The notes under the pieces are model-generated. The model had not been told where the DNA came from and did not search any database. It saw nothing but the letters and a program-made list of their open reading frames with translations. This document shows positions 48,973-58,500 of a stretch of DNA of 64,000 bases, one piece after another (position 1 is the stretch's first letter; each line of letters starts with the position of its first letter). The stretch lies in assembly GCA_965116885.1 (NCBI GenBank), contig OZ220741.1:2752001-2816000 (forward strand), read 5' to 3'. A program made the translations under genes and the position numbers. This stretch comes from Candidatus Latescibacterota bacterium. Its GTDB lineage: Bacteria; Latescibacterota; UBA2968.

Positions 48973-49986
48973 ATGATTCGTTTTCTCAAATGGTTTTTCC
49001 CGATTAGCCTGGCGGTTCTGATTGTTTTAGTCGCCAGCGCGTACTGGTATGTGACACCGCAGCGGTTAAAGACGATTGTACAACCGCGTCTGTCGTCGGC
49101 TTTGGGCCGGGAGGTGATGTTCAACCGTATAGAGTGGGGGTTGTCTGATGGCGTGGTGTTTTCGGGTTTAAAAGTGGAAGGTCGGGCTGGTGCAGGTCCC
49201 TTTTTGGTTGCGGAGCGGGCACAGGTGTATATGTCTCGGTGGAAGTTGTTGTCGGTTTTGGGCGCGCTGGTGCTGGAAGGTGAGATGCCTAGAATGGGTG
49301 AGCAGAGCGATGCCGAAGGTGAGCCAATTCTATCCATAGATCGCGTTCAGTTTCAGGATGGTACGTTGCGGGTGAGACGCATTGAGATTGTTTTTGATCA
49401 TTTAGAGACGGCTTTGCAGGTCGAGAATAGGCGTGTAAATCTGGACTCTATTCAGGGGCAGGTGTGCGAGGGCACGCTCGAGGGATCTCTGGTGTGGGAT
49501 AATGGCGCGTGGGATGGGTCCATGTCACTCGTGAATGCCCAGGCAGAACGGGTGGTGCGTTCGATTGGTTGGGATATTCCGCTTTACGGCGGGGTTGATA
49601 TAACGGCTCAGGTTTCGGGTGCAGACGTGAGCGGTACCGCACAAATGGCCGAGGGGCGTATTGTGAAGTGGGCTTTTTTGCAGCGGTTGTTGCGCCCGAT
49701 GGCACAATGGGGTTTGATAAATGCCGATGAGGTCCCGCTTAAAGATGTGACGGTGGTTTTTCAGGTGCAGAGCGATGAGGTGATTCTGGATGGGACAAAG
49801 TTCACTGCTTCAGATATAGTTTGTGCGTTGAATGGTAGGAGTACCAGGAAGGGTCATTTGGATTATGTGCTGGATGTGGAGATGCCCATTCAATTTGCCG
49901 GGTTTCGCCTGGGGAGAGCCATTCCTATACGGGTAAAAATTACCGGTCCGGCAAACGCGCCAGAGGTGGCGGTAGAGATTAAATAG
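48973..49986 (+). CDS. Short AsmA-like protein
   Basis: N-terminal TM anchor, SALGREV, beta-rich body, C-terminal IPIRVKITGPANAPEV. Confidence 0.7.
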   Translation: MIRFLKWFFPISLAVLIVLVASAYWYVTPQRLKTIVQPRLSSALGREVMFNRIEWGLSDGVVFSGLKVEGRAGAGPFLVAERAQVYMSRWKLLSVLGALVLEGEMPRMGEQSDAEGEPILSIDRVQFQDGTLRVRRIEIVFDHLETALQVENRRVNLDSIQGQVCEGTLEGSLVWDNGAWDGSMSLVNAQAERVVRSIGWDIPLYGGVDITAQVSGADVSGTAQMAEGRIVKWAFLQRLLRPMAQWGLINADEVPLKDVTVVFQVQSDEVILDGTKFTASDIVCALNGRSTRKGHLDYVLDVEMPIQFAGFRLGRAIPIRVKITGPANAPEVAVEIK

Positions 49987-49989
49987 TTT

Positions 49990-50106
49990 TTAAGCCAGCA
50001 GAAGGATAATGATTATGCCGAGCACTATCAATCCGCCAAAAAAAACGATGCAAAAACCTCTGATAAATCCGCCCACGAAGCCATCTTTTTTGTCATTGTT
50101 GTTCAT
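49990..50106 (-). CDS. Small membrane protein, 38 aa (below the ORF-track cutoff)
   Basis: MNNNDKKDGFVGGFIRGFCIVFFGGLIVLGIIIILLLA*, preceded by AAGGGAG RBS. Confidence 0.6.
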   Translation of the reverse strand: MNNNDKKDGFVGGFIRGFCIVFFGGLIVLGIIIILLLA

Positions 50107-50145
50107 GTTACTCCCTTCAGTTTAGAGGACGGATTCGCGCGGTTT

Positions 50146-51531
50146 TTAACTCGGCTGGAACCGAAACGCAAATAGATCCGCGTCCTTGAGGGTGAAGCGT
50201 AACCGTACCGGCTGACCTGCCAGCAGACGCATATTTCCCTTACTCTCCCAACGGACTGTACCGTCGATGGCATCACCAAATATCTCAGGGCACTCGTCCA
50301 GTGTGAAGCCCGGCTGCGGATGCCCTTCCGTATCCTGAATCTCAACGCGCACAAATCCCACCGCTGATGTCGAAAAGTTCAATCTCAGACTGTCGCCTGT
50401 GAAAATTAACGGACGGGTGACGAACTCGCCGCCAGCGTAGCCTGCCCGGACCGACACGAACCCGTCGGTTCGGAGCGAGAATCGACGAATATGGACAGTC
50501 GGCAGGCGCCAGTTTTCCATACCGTACAGCGAGAGTTCATCGGGTGATGTTTGCAGGATGCCCCGCTCCATGTACATCCCGCGTTCATGCCAGTTGCCCT
50601 CATCGAGCCCGGGACGGACAAAAGCCTCCCTGAAACTGCGATCAAAGTGGAGGCCATCGCGGCTGGACATAAACACGATGTCATTCACGCCTGAACCGTA
50701 TTTCCAGCCCGGAATTGGCTCGCGTTCTGGCACGAAGCGTGCCGGAAACATCAGATACACGCCCGGCGCCCGCTCGTAAGGCACGCAAGCATTGGTATAG
50801 AGATGCTCGAAGGGCGTCTCGCCGGTGTCAATCAGCTCGAGCGGTGTCCAATGGCGAAAGTCTTTGGAGGTCGTGCGGCGAATCCAGCGCACCCCGTTTA
50901 TGAAGTCGCCTTTACCTGCCACGCCGCGCGTGTACGCGACATATTCCTCCCGCTCCGCGTCCCAAAAGGCGATGTTGTGTGAATCAAAGGGTTGATCGGT
51001 CAGGATTGGCGCATCCTGCATCAGTCGCCAGCGAAGACCGTCAGGCGAGACCAACGCGAGTACATCGCCAGTGCGTACAATGGCTTTGTACCGTTCTTCG
51101 TCCAGCGCGTCGGGGTTGCCATCGCGAAATGGCGACATGTTATTACCTGGTCCCGCCCATACGAGGTTATTCTCTTTCGAATCTTGAAACGCAATCAGTC
51201 CGAGTCGTGGCTTCTCCCAGTGAACACCGTCGGTACTTTCAGCGTAGGCGATAAGCGGGTGACGCGTACCGCGAATCGGCATCTCCGGGTCGCAGCGATA
51301 CCACGCGCGGAACCGGTCGCCGTCGCAGAACGTGACCATATAGGAAACACCGCCCCTTTCCCACGGATGTTCAGGGGAAATTACAACCTCGCGACGCACA
51401 GGTTCATGCAAGTGCTGCGTGACACCCTGCGCTTCAGCAATCCAGAAATTGTCCGCGAACAGCTGGCGGTCTGTGCCGATGTGGATAGGTGGACGGTTGT
51501 TATCTTGTCGTTCCATTTTGGTCTCTTTCAT
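50146..51531 (-). CDS. Hypothetical five-bladed beta-propeller glycosidase-like protein
   Basis: Asp-box-like repeats (ESTDGVHW, SPDGLRW, SKDFRHW, SRDGLHF), FDSHN, LRTDGFVS. Confidence 0.75.
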   Translation of the reverse strand: MKETKMERQDNNRPPIHIGTDRQLFADNFWIAEAQGVTQHLHEPVRREVVISPEHPWERGGVSYMVTFCDGDRFRAWYRCDPEMPIRGTRHPLIAYAESTDGVHWEKPRLGLIAFQDSKENNLVWAGPGNNMSPFRDGNPDALDEERYKAIVRTGDVLALVSPDGLRWRLMQDAPILTDQPFDSHNIAFWDAEREEYVAYTRGVAGKGDFINGVRWIRRTTSKDFRHWTPLELIDTGETPFEHLYTNACVPYERAPGVYLMFPARFVPEREPIPGWKYGSGVNDIVFMSSRDGLHFDRSFREAFVRPGLDEGNWHERGMYMERGILQTSPDELSLYGMENWRLPTVHIRRFSLRTDGFVSVRAGYAGGEFVTRPLIFTGDSLRLNFSTSAVGFVRVEIQDTEGHPQPGFTLDECPEIFGDAIDGTVRWESKGNMRLLAGQPVRLRFTLKDADLFAFRFQPS

Positions 51532-51542
51532 CTACAAAAGAA

Positions 51543-52505
51543 TTAAAAAAGTGAGAGTTGGACGGGGTCTTGTTCTGGAGTGGGTTGTCTGGCAGGTCTG
51601 TCATCGGGATAGCACACGGCTTTGAAGGGGCAGGTGGTACACAGGTGGGTATTTGTCGTCATGGGGAAAGTGTCTTGCGAAGCGGTGTTTTGCTCGGGAT
51701 CGTCGAGTAGCGCGCGCATTTTCTGGACGCTTTCGGTGACAAAGATACGGGTCTGGTCGAGGTCGTCGGGAGAGAGGTGCAGGGTGCGCTCGGTGTTGGT
51801 TTGCAGGTAGATGTCCTGGAGCTGCAGGTCGGATAATGCGACGTCCCACTGCGAGGTGGCGTACAGGGCGTACACAGCGAGTTGGTGGCGGTCGGCCTGG
51901 CGTTCGCGTCCGGTTTTCCAGTCGAAGATATAGACAGACTTATCGCGGCGAATTGCCACGTCGAGCACGACCCAGATTTTGGTATTGGCAAGGGTAAAAT
52001 CTGTGAGGTCCTCAATGGAGAGATAGTCTTCGGGACGGGCAGATTGCAGGGTGGTGTAGGCATCAGAGGCGAAAAAAGTATTGAGACTGGTCGAAATGTG
52101 ATTGGCCGACGTGTTCTGATCGGTTTCTGTAAAGGGTTCGTTGTAATAGTGTTCAAACAGATTGGTGTATTGAGAGGCCGAATAGCGCCAGAGATGTTCT
52201 GCGGATTCTTGCAGGCGTTGGCGGAATAAATTTTGCGCGTAGGTCTCGACGGCAAAGGGGAGAATATCGCGCTCCAATTTCAGTGCGTTGAGCGCGTTGC
52301 TGATGGCGTCGTGAACCACGGTACCGACGAGTTGCGGTACTGTGGTTATTTTTTTCAGGCGATAGAGCAACTGGGCCTGCGCGTCTGCGTTTTTGTCCCA
52401 GCCACCCCAGCTGCCGTAGTAGTTGAAGTAGTATTGTCGCTTGCACGATTCAAACATGCGATGACGCGATGGCGACCAGGAGAACTCGTTTTGGAAATTG
52501 GACAT
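51543..52505 (-). CDS. PD-(D/E)XK nuclease family protein (AddB/Cas4-like Fe-S staple)
   Basis: WSPS...CKRQY, GTVVH, D...FDWKTG, QLAVYA, CTTCPFKAVC; start 52505 or 52511. Confidence 0.88.
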   Translation of the reverse strand: MSNFQNEFSWSPSRHRMFESCKRQYYFNYYGSWGGWDKNADAQAQLLYRLKKITTVPQLVGTVVHDAISNALNALKLERDILPFAVETYAQNLFRQRLQESAEHLWRYSASQYTNLFEHYYNEPFTETDQNTSANHISTSLNTFFASDAYTTLQSARPEDYLSIEDLTDFTLANTKIWVVLDVAIRRDKSVYIFDWKTGRERQADRHQLAVYALYATSQWDVALSDLQLQDIYLQTNTERTLHLSPDDLDQTRIFVTESVQKMRALLDDPEQNTASQDTFPMTTNTHLCTTCPFKAVCYPDDRPARQPTPEQDPVQLSLF

Positions 52506-52507
52506 GT

Positions 52508-53782
52508 TCAATAAAGTGCGTTTAAGACGTCAAAATACGTGGGAAATGTTTTGTTGACACAGTCGGGGTCGTTTATGACAATGCCGGGGATTTTCAGTCC
52601 GATCAGCGACAGGCTCATCGCCATGCGGTGATCGTCGTACGTGTCGAGTGCGGCGGGTTGGATGTGGTCTGCGGGATAGACTGTGAGGCCATCGGCGCGG
52701 GTATCAACGCGCACGCCGAGTTTGTTCAGTTCTGTTTTGAGTGCGGCGATGCGATCGGTTTCATGGAGGCGGAGGACGGCTACGTTGTGTACGCTGATTG
52801 GAGCAGACGCAAACGGAGCCAGAGCGCACAGGGTTGGCACGATGTCGGGCGTGGCGTTCATGTCGATGTCGAGACCCGACAGACGCCCTGTTCCGCGCAC
52901 TTCAATGCCTTCGGGGTCTTTGTTTACATCACAGCCCATTTTGGACAGGATATCGACAAAGCCGATGTCGCCTTGAATGGATTGCGCCGTTAAATTGGGT
53001 ACGCGCACGCGACCGCGGGTGAGTGCGGCTGCGGCAAAGAAATAAGAGGCGTTGGACGCATCGGGTTCGATCTGATATGTGCGGGAATGATAGCGCTGGC
53101 CAGCGCGTATGGTGAAAGAGCGGTAGTTATTATTGGTGACTTCAATGCCGAAGTCGCGCATGACGGCAATGGTGAGGTCGATATACGGTTTGGATACGAG
53201 GTCGCCTTTGACGTGGATTTCGACATCACTTTGGGCGTAGGATGCCACCTGAAGCAGTGCCGTGAAATACTGGCTGCTTTTGCTGCCGTTCATGGTGGTG
53301 CGGCCACCTTTGAGGCCAGAGGCGACGATGAGCGCGGGGGGGCATAGCCCGTCCTTGCCTTCACAGCGCGCGGTTACGCCGAGGGGGGTGAGGCCGTCGA
53401 GGAGGTCCTGGATGGGGCGCTCGCGCATCCGTTCGACGCCGTCTATGGTATAGGTTCCAGCACCCAGGCCGAGATATGCCGCGAGAAAGCGCGCCGAGGT
53501 GCCCGAGTTGCCAATGTGAAGTTCTGCCTGATCAGCGGGGATGTGCCCGCCTGTGCCATAGACGCGAAATGCGTTATCTGACTCATCTACGCGAATGCCC
53601 AGATCGCGCAGGGCATTTGCCATATATCGCGTGTCATCGCTCATGAGTGCGTTGTTGAGGTGGCTGATACCGTCTGCGAGGGCGGCAATTAGCAGAACGC
53701 GGTTGGTGATGCTTTTAGAACCCGGAATCGCGACATTTGCATCGATTGGGGTTGTCATGGGTTGGATTTTAAGAGTTTTCAT
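52508..53782 (-). CDS. aroA: 3-phosphoshikimate 1-carboxyvinyltransferase
   Basis: PGSKSITNR, GNSGTSARF, SSQYFTALL, RLHETDRI, DDHRMAM. Confidence 0.97.
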   Translation of the reverse strand: MKTLKIQPMTTPIDANVAIPGSKSITNRVLLIAALADGISHLNNALMSDDTRYMANALRDLGIRVDESDNAFRVYGTGGHIPADQAELHIGNSGTSARFLAAYLGLGAGTYTIDGVERMRERPIQDLLDGLTPLGVTARCEGKDGLCPPALIVASGLKGGRTTMNGSKSSQYFTALLQVASYAQSDVEIHVKGDLVSKPYIDLTIAVMRDFGIEVTNNNYRSFTIRAGQRYHSRTYQIEPDASNASYFFAAAALTRGRVRVPNLTAQSIQGDIGFVDILSKMGCDVNKDPEGIEVRGTGRLSGLDIDMNATPDIVPTLCALAPFASAPISVHNVAVLRLHETDRIAALKTELNKLGVRVDTRADGLTVYPADHIQPAALDTYDDHRMAMSLSLIGLKIPGIVINDPDCVNKTFPTYFDVLNALY

Positions 53783-53950
53783 AGGTAGGAAATTGACGTA
53801 CTCCCAAATCTAAAGCATTGGGATTGTAGAATCTTGTTGCTTCAGCAGGGATTGTGGGATCAACAGTAGTTGCTTGCTTCCCCGAAGTTCGGCAAGTCTT
53901 ACGCTACCTCCGCCATAGGTGGACGCCCCCACCTGTGAATGTTTATCGCC
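53773..53950 (-). ncRNA. Predicted TnpB omega/reRNA scaffold plus flank-derived guide (5' boundary approximate)
   Basis: Overlaps the tnpB 3' end; stems such as AGGTGG...CCACCT; ends in RE hairpin + TCAA; guide would be TTTCCTACCTATGAAAACTC. Confidence 0.7.
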
Positions 53951-55005
53951 GCGTTGAGGTCTCTATCCATCTCAAGGCCACAGGCGCAACAATGGAATGT
54001 TCTCTCTCGCAATTCGAGATTCTCTTTCACTGTATCACAAGCCGAGCAGGTCTTTGACGTGGGTAGCCATTTGTCGATTTGTTTGACAACTTTGCCCGTC
54101 TTTTTTGCCACATACTTGAGAATGTTCAAAAAGTCTGAGAAGCCCAAATCGCTAATCTTTCTGCCCCACAACGCTTTCAAGGCGTCGATATTCAGCGTTT
54201 CAAAATACATGACGTCATATTCTTTACAGAGTTGATAGGCAAGTTGCCAGTGATAGTCTCTGCGCTGATTAGCAACGCGCCTATACGCTCTGGCAAGACT
54301 TACTCTGGCTCTATGACGGTTATGGCTCCCTTTCTTCTTGCGAGAAAGATTGCGATTAGCCTTTTTGACTTTCCTCGAATTACGATTGAAGAACAATGGC
54401 GATTGTGTGCGTGTGGTATCTGAGGCTGTTAGGTATGTTTTCAAGCCGAAGTCAAAGCCTGCGGTTTTACCGTTCTTGATCATGAATGACTTGATACCCT
54501 CAGCCTTTGCAACAACACATAGCCACAAATCGTCTACACGGTCACGTTTGATTGTGACCGTTTTGATACGCTCTACATCGAACTTTCTGCTCTTATGGTA
54601 TCTGAATATACGCTTGCCAATACGCACCTTGTTACGCTCAAGGAATTTGTATCCTGCTTGCTTGAGCGTATAGGACTGATACCGAAAGCGAGACCTGAAA
54701 GTAGGTGGACGCTTATTATCTCTGGCAAAGAATTTCTGATAGCCAAAGTCTATACGCTCAACCACATTTTGCAATGCCTGGCTCGGCAACAAACGCCAAT
54801 GTGCAAAGCGTGTTGTTCTTTTCAGCTTTGCCAAATGGTTAATCATTGTGAACTTACTCGGATATTTGCCAAAACGCCGATAGTATCGCTTGTGCAAAGC
54901 AATGAAATGATTATACACCTCAGCAAAAGAATCTATATCCCTATGGATATACATATTGCGATCACAGAGACTATACATTTTGTATTTATACGTTAAGTAT
55001 TCCAT
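53899..55005 (-). CDS. tnpB: RNA-guided endonuclease TnpB
   Basis: SQALQ, RuvC residues GFDFG / FETL / DRDLNAAINI intact, CSAC...CCAC zinc finger. Confidence 0.95.
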   Translation of the reverse strand: MEYLTYKYKMYSLCDRNMYIHRDIDSFAEVYNHFIALHKRYYRRFGKYPSKFTMINHLAKLKRTTRFAHWRLLPSQALQNVVERIDFGYQKFFARDNKRPPTFRSRFRYQSYTLKQAGYKFLERNKVRIGKRIFRYHKSRKFDVERIKTVTIKRDRVDDLWLCVVAKAEGIKSFMIKNGKTAGFDFGLKTYLTASDTTRTQSPLFFNRNSRKVKKANRNLSRKKKGSHNRHRARVSLARAYRRVANQRRDYHWQLAYQLCKEYDVMYFETLNIDALKALWGRKISDLGFSDFLNILKYVAKKTGKVVKQIDKWLPTSKTCSACDTVKENLELRERTFHCCACGLEMDRDLNAAINIHRWGRPPMAEVA

Positions 55006-55011
55006 AATGTA

Positions 55012-55040
55012 AATATACACAAAAACAGTAATTTATGCAA
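55012..55040 (-). promoter_or_regulatory. tnpB promoter (probably leaderless transcript)
   Basis: TTGCAT-17bp-TATATT, then 6 nt to ATG 55005; no SD. Confidence 0.65.
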
Positions 55041-55500
55041 GTTTTATGTAGTCAGTGAACAGATGATTTAGGTCGATGAAGTGCTGGCGCACTTGTACAC
55101 CGCTCCACCGCCCACATTGCCTTGAGCAATGTGCCACCATGCTAAGCATGTTCCGTGATGATTTTACACGGAAGCACCGCACCATAAATTCGGAAGCCCT
55201 TGCAAAACAACGCTCGCTAACTCGCGTCTGCTTCCCAACGCTAAAGCTGTTGGGTCTTACGGGCTGTAAGATAAATTAAAAATTAAAAATGAACAAGGCA
55301 CAATAGTTTCCCCGCAGGTGTTTTTTCGATGTCCTGTTTTAATGGCGTTACACCCTGCCATTCTGTCGCTTGATTTTTCCCGATACTGGTTTTAGATTAG
55401 AAAGCAGATTGTGATATTCTCTCCTGATTCTTTTTCCTCTCTCCAATTTCTTTTTTTCGAGATGCCCTCCCCCAACATCTCCATTTATGGGAGCGTGTTG

Positions 55501-58500
55501 ATGAAATCTTCTGACTTTGTCCATTTGCATAGCCACACGATGTATAGCCTGCTCGATGGCGCGTCCAGAATAGAAGATATTGCCCAGGTAGCCGCCGAAT
55601 GGGGCATGCCTGCGGTTGCGATGACCGATCACGGCAATCTTTTCGGTGCTATTGATTTTTATCGGGCGATGAAAGATGTGGGCGTCAATCCGATTATCGG
55701 GTGCGAAGTGTATTGTGCGCTTGGAAGCCGATTTGACAAAAAATCTATGCCGGGTCTTCAGGGCAGTTCAAACCATCTGGTTTTGCTGGTCAAAAATTAT
55801 ACGGGATATAAAAATCTGATCAAGCTGGTGTCTTCGGGGTATCTCGAGGGCTATTATTATAACCCGCGCATAGACAAAGACTTGCTGCGCCAGCATTCGG
55901 AAGGGCTGATTTGCCTGTCGGCGTGCATCGGGGGCGAGATACCCTATTTGATTGAACGCGAGGGATACAAGACGGCGCAAAAGGCCGTGGAGACGTATCT
56001 CGATATTTTCGGCGATGATTATTATCTGGAGATTCAGCGGCACGGCATTGACAAAGAAAAAAAGATCAATCCAGGATTGGTCAAGTTGCACGAGGAGATG
56101 GGTGTGCCCCTGGTGGCGACCAATGATTCGCATTTTACGCGCGCCGAGGACCACGAAGCGCATGCGGCTCTGGTCGCTATTCAGACGGGTAAGACATTGG
56201 ACGATCCCAAGCGCATGTGTTATCCCGAAGGCGTGTATTTTAAGTCGGCAGAGGAGATGTACGAGCTGTTTCGGGATATGCCACACGTTCTGGAACCCAC
56301 GCTTGAGATTGCCGAAAAATGCAATCTGGAGATTTCATTTGATGAGTCTCACGCGCCTGATTTCCCTTTGCCAGAGAGGTATGATTCGGCCAGTGATTAT
56401 CTGAAAGATCTGGCGCGCAAGGGCATGGAAACGCGTTGCAAGCAGGTGACCTCTGAGCATGAGGAGCGCCTGAAGTTTGAGTTGGGTGTGATCGATCAGA
56501 CGGGATATCCGGGCTATTTTTTGATTTTGCACGATCTGGTGCAATTTTCCAATGCATCTGGCATCCGCGCAGGCGCGCGCGGGTCTGCTGTGAGCAGTCT
56601 GGTGGCTTACGCACTGGGCATAACGGCTGTGGATCCCATCGAATACGGGCTGGTATTTGAGCGGTTTTTGAATCCCGAGCGGATTTCGCCGCCCGATATT
56701 GATTACGATATTGCCGACCGCGACCGCGAGCAGGTCATCGATTACGTGGTGCAAAAATACGGACGCGACAATGTGTGTCAGGTCATTACGTTTGGCACTA
56801 TGGGCGCGAAGGGCGTGATCCGCGATGTGGGGCGGGTGTTAGACCGGCCATTTGCAGATGTCGATAGAATTTCAAAATTGGTACCCGCAGAATTGAAGAT
56901 GACGCTCGATAAAGCTCTCGACCAGGTGCCCGAGTTACGTCAAATTGCCGAAGATGGGGACATGGGGGAAAAGATGATCGGCATAGGAAAGCAACTCGAA
57001 GGTCTGGCGCGCCATGCGTCGATTCACGCGGCTGCTGTGGTGATTACGCCCGAGCCTGTGACCGAGTTTATGCCCGTCTATAAGGCGCCCAAAGGCGGGG
57101 AGGTGATGACGCAGTACAATATGCACCACGTGGAAGATCTGGGCTTTTTGAAGATGGATTTTTTGGGGCTTCGCAATCTGACGGTGATTGACGATGCCGT
57201 GAAGATGGTGAAGGAAAATTACGGCGTGGATGTGGATGTGGATAACTTGCCTCTGGACGATGAGGAGACCTATCGCCTGTTTGGCCGGGGCGATACGACC
57301 GGGGTGTTCCAGTTTGAAAGCGCGGGGATGAGGGGCTATTTGCAACAACTGAAGCCGGATACGATTGGCGATATTATTGCGATGAATGCGCTTTATCGCC
57401 CGGGACCGATGCAGTATATTCCCAATTACATCGACCGCAAGCACGGACGGGAAGAAGTGATATATAACGACGAGAAGATGCGCCCGGCTCTGGAGGAGAC
57501 GTACGGCATCATTACTTACCAGGAGCAGGTGCAGCGCCTGTGTCGTGACCTGGCTGGATTTACACTTGCCAAAGCCGATGGTATCCGCAAAGCCATGGGA
57601 AAAAAGTTGGCCGATGTGATGGAAAAGTATCGGCTTGAATTTTTAGAGAGTACCATGGCCAATGGCGTTGAAAAAACGGTCGCAGAACAGATATGGCGAG
57701 ATATCGAGGTTTTCTCGGGCTATGGGTTCAACAAGGCGCACAGTGCGGGCTATTCGATGGTGGCTTACCAGTGCGCGTATCTCAAGGCGCATTATCCGGC
57801 TGAATTTATGGCGGCGAATCTCAACAGTGAAATTGGCAATATAGAGCGTCTGGTCGTTCTGGTCGAAGAATGCCGACGGATGGGTCTGGACGTATTGCCT
57901 CCAGATGTAAATGCAGGGCAGGTCGATTTTATGGCTGCCAAAAATGAGATTCGAATGGGTATGGCTGCTATTCGCAATGTGGGACGCAGCGCGGTTCAAG
58001 CGATTGTAGCAGCGCGTGACGCAGATGGGCCTTTTGAGTCGCTATTTGATTTTTGCGATCGCGTGGATTCTCAGGCTGTGAACAGGCGGTGTATCGAAAG
58101 TCTGATTAAAGCCGGTGCTTATGATTGCGTGCCGGGGCATCGCGCGCAGTTGCTCGAAGCCTTAGACCGCGCACTGGAGATGGCGCAATCTGTACAGATG
58201 GATCGCGCGCGTGGGCAAATTTCCATGTTTGAAATGGTCGAGATGCAAACGCAGGCGGTGAACGACCAATCGTTACCCGAGGTTGAGGAATGGACTGAGC
58301 GCGAACGCCTCGCTAATGAAAAAGATATGCTGGGCTTTTATCTTTCGGGACATCCGCTGGAACGCTACAGAACCGATTTGTCGGAGATGGGTATGCGGTC
58401 GGTAAATGATCTGACGGGATTGCCCGATGGTGCAGAGGTGCAGATTGGGGGCGTTTTAACTGAAGTTAAACCGCATACGACACGCGATGGTCGGCCCATG

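Larger units (their letters stand above)
53793..55270 (-). mobile_element. IS200/IS605-family element carrying tnpB only (IS1341-like, about 1478 bp)
   Basis: Minus strand: TTTAT|CTTACAG...CCCAACAGCTTTAGCGTTGGG left-end hairpin; right end CCCAATGCTTTAGATTTGGGAGTACGTCAA; AT-richer than flanks; no intact tnpA. Confidence 0.88.

Noticed and set aside
51543..55005. TnpB plus Cas4-like nuclease as a type V CRISPR system
   Set aside because: No array or cas1/cas2; TnpB has normal IS ends and aroA lies between the two genes
55076..55279. 67-aa ORF as an intact TnpA
   Set aside because: No HUH motif or catalytic YxxxQ, and it runs through the left-end hairpin
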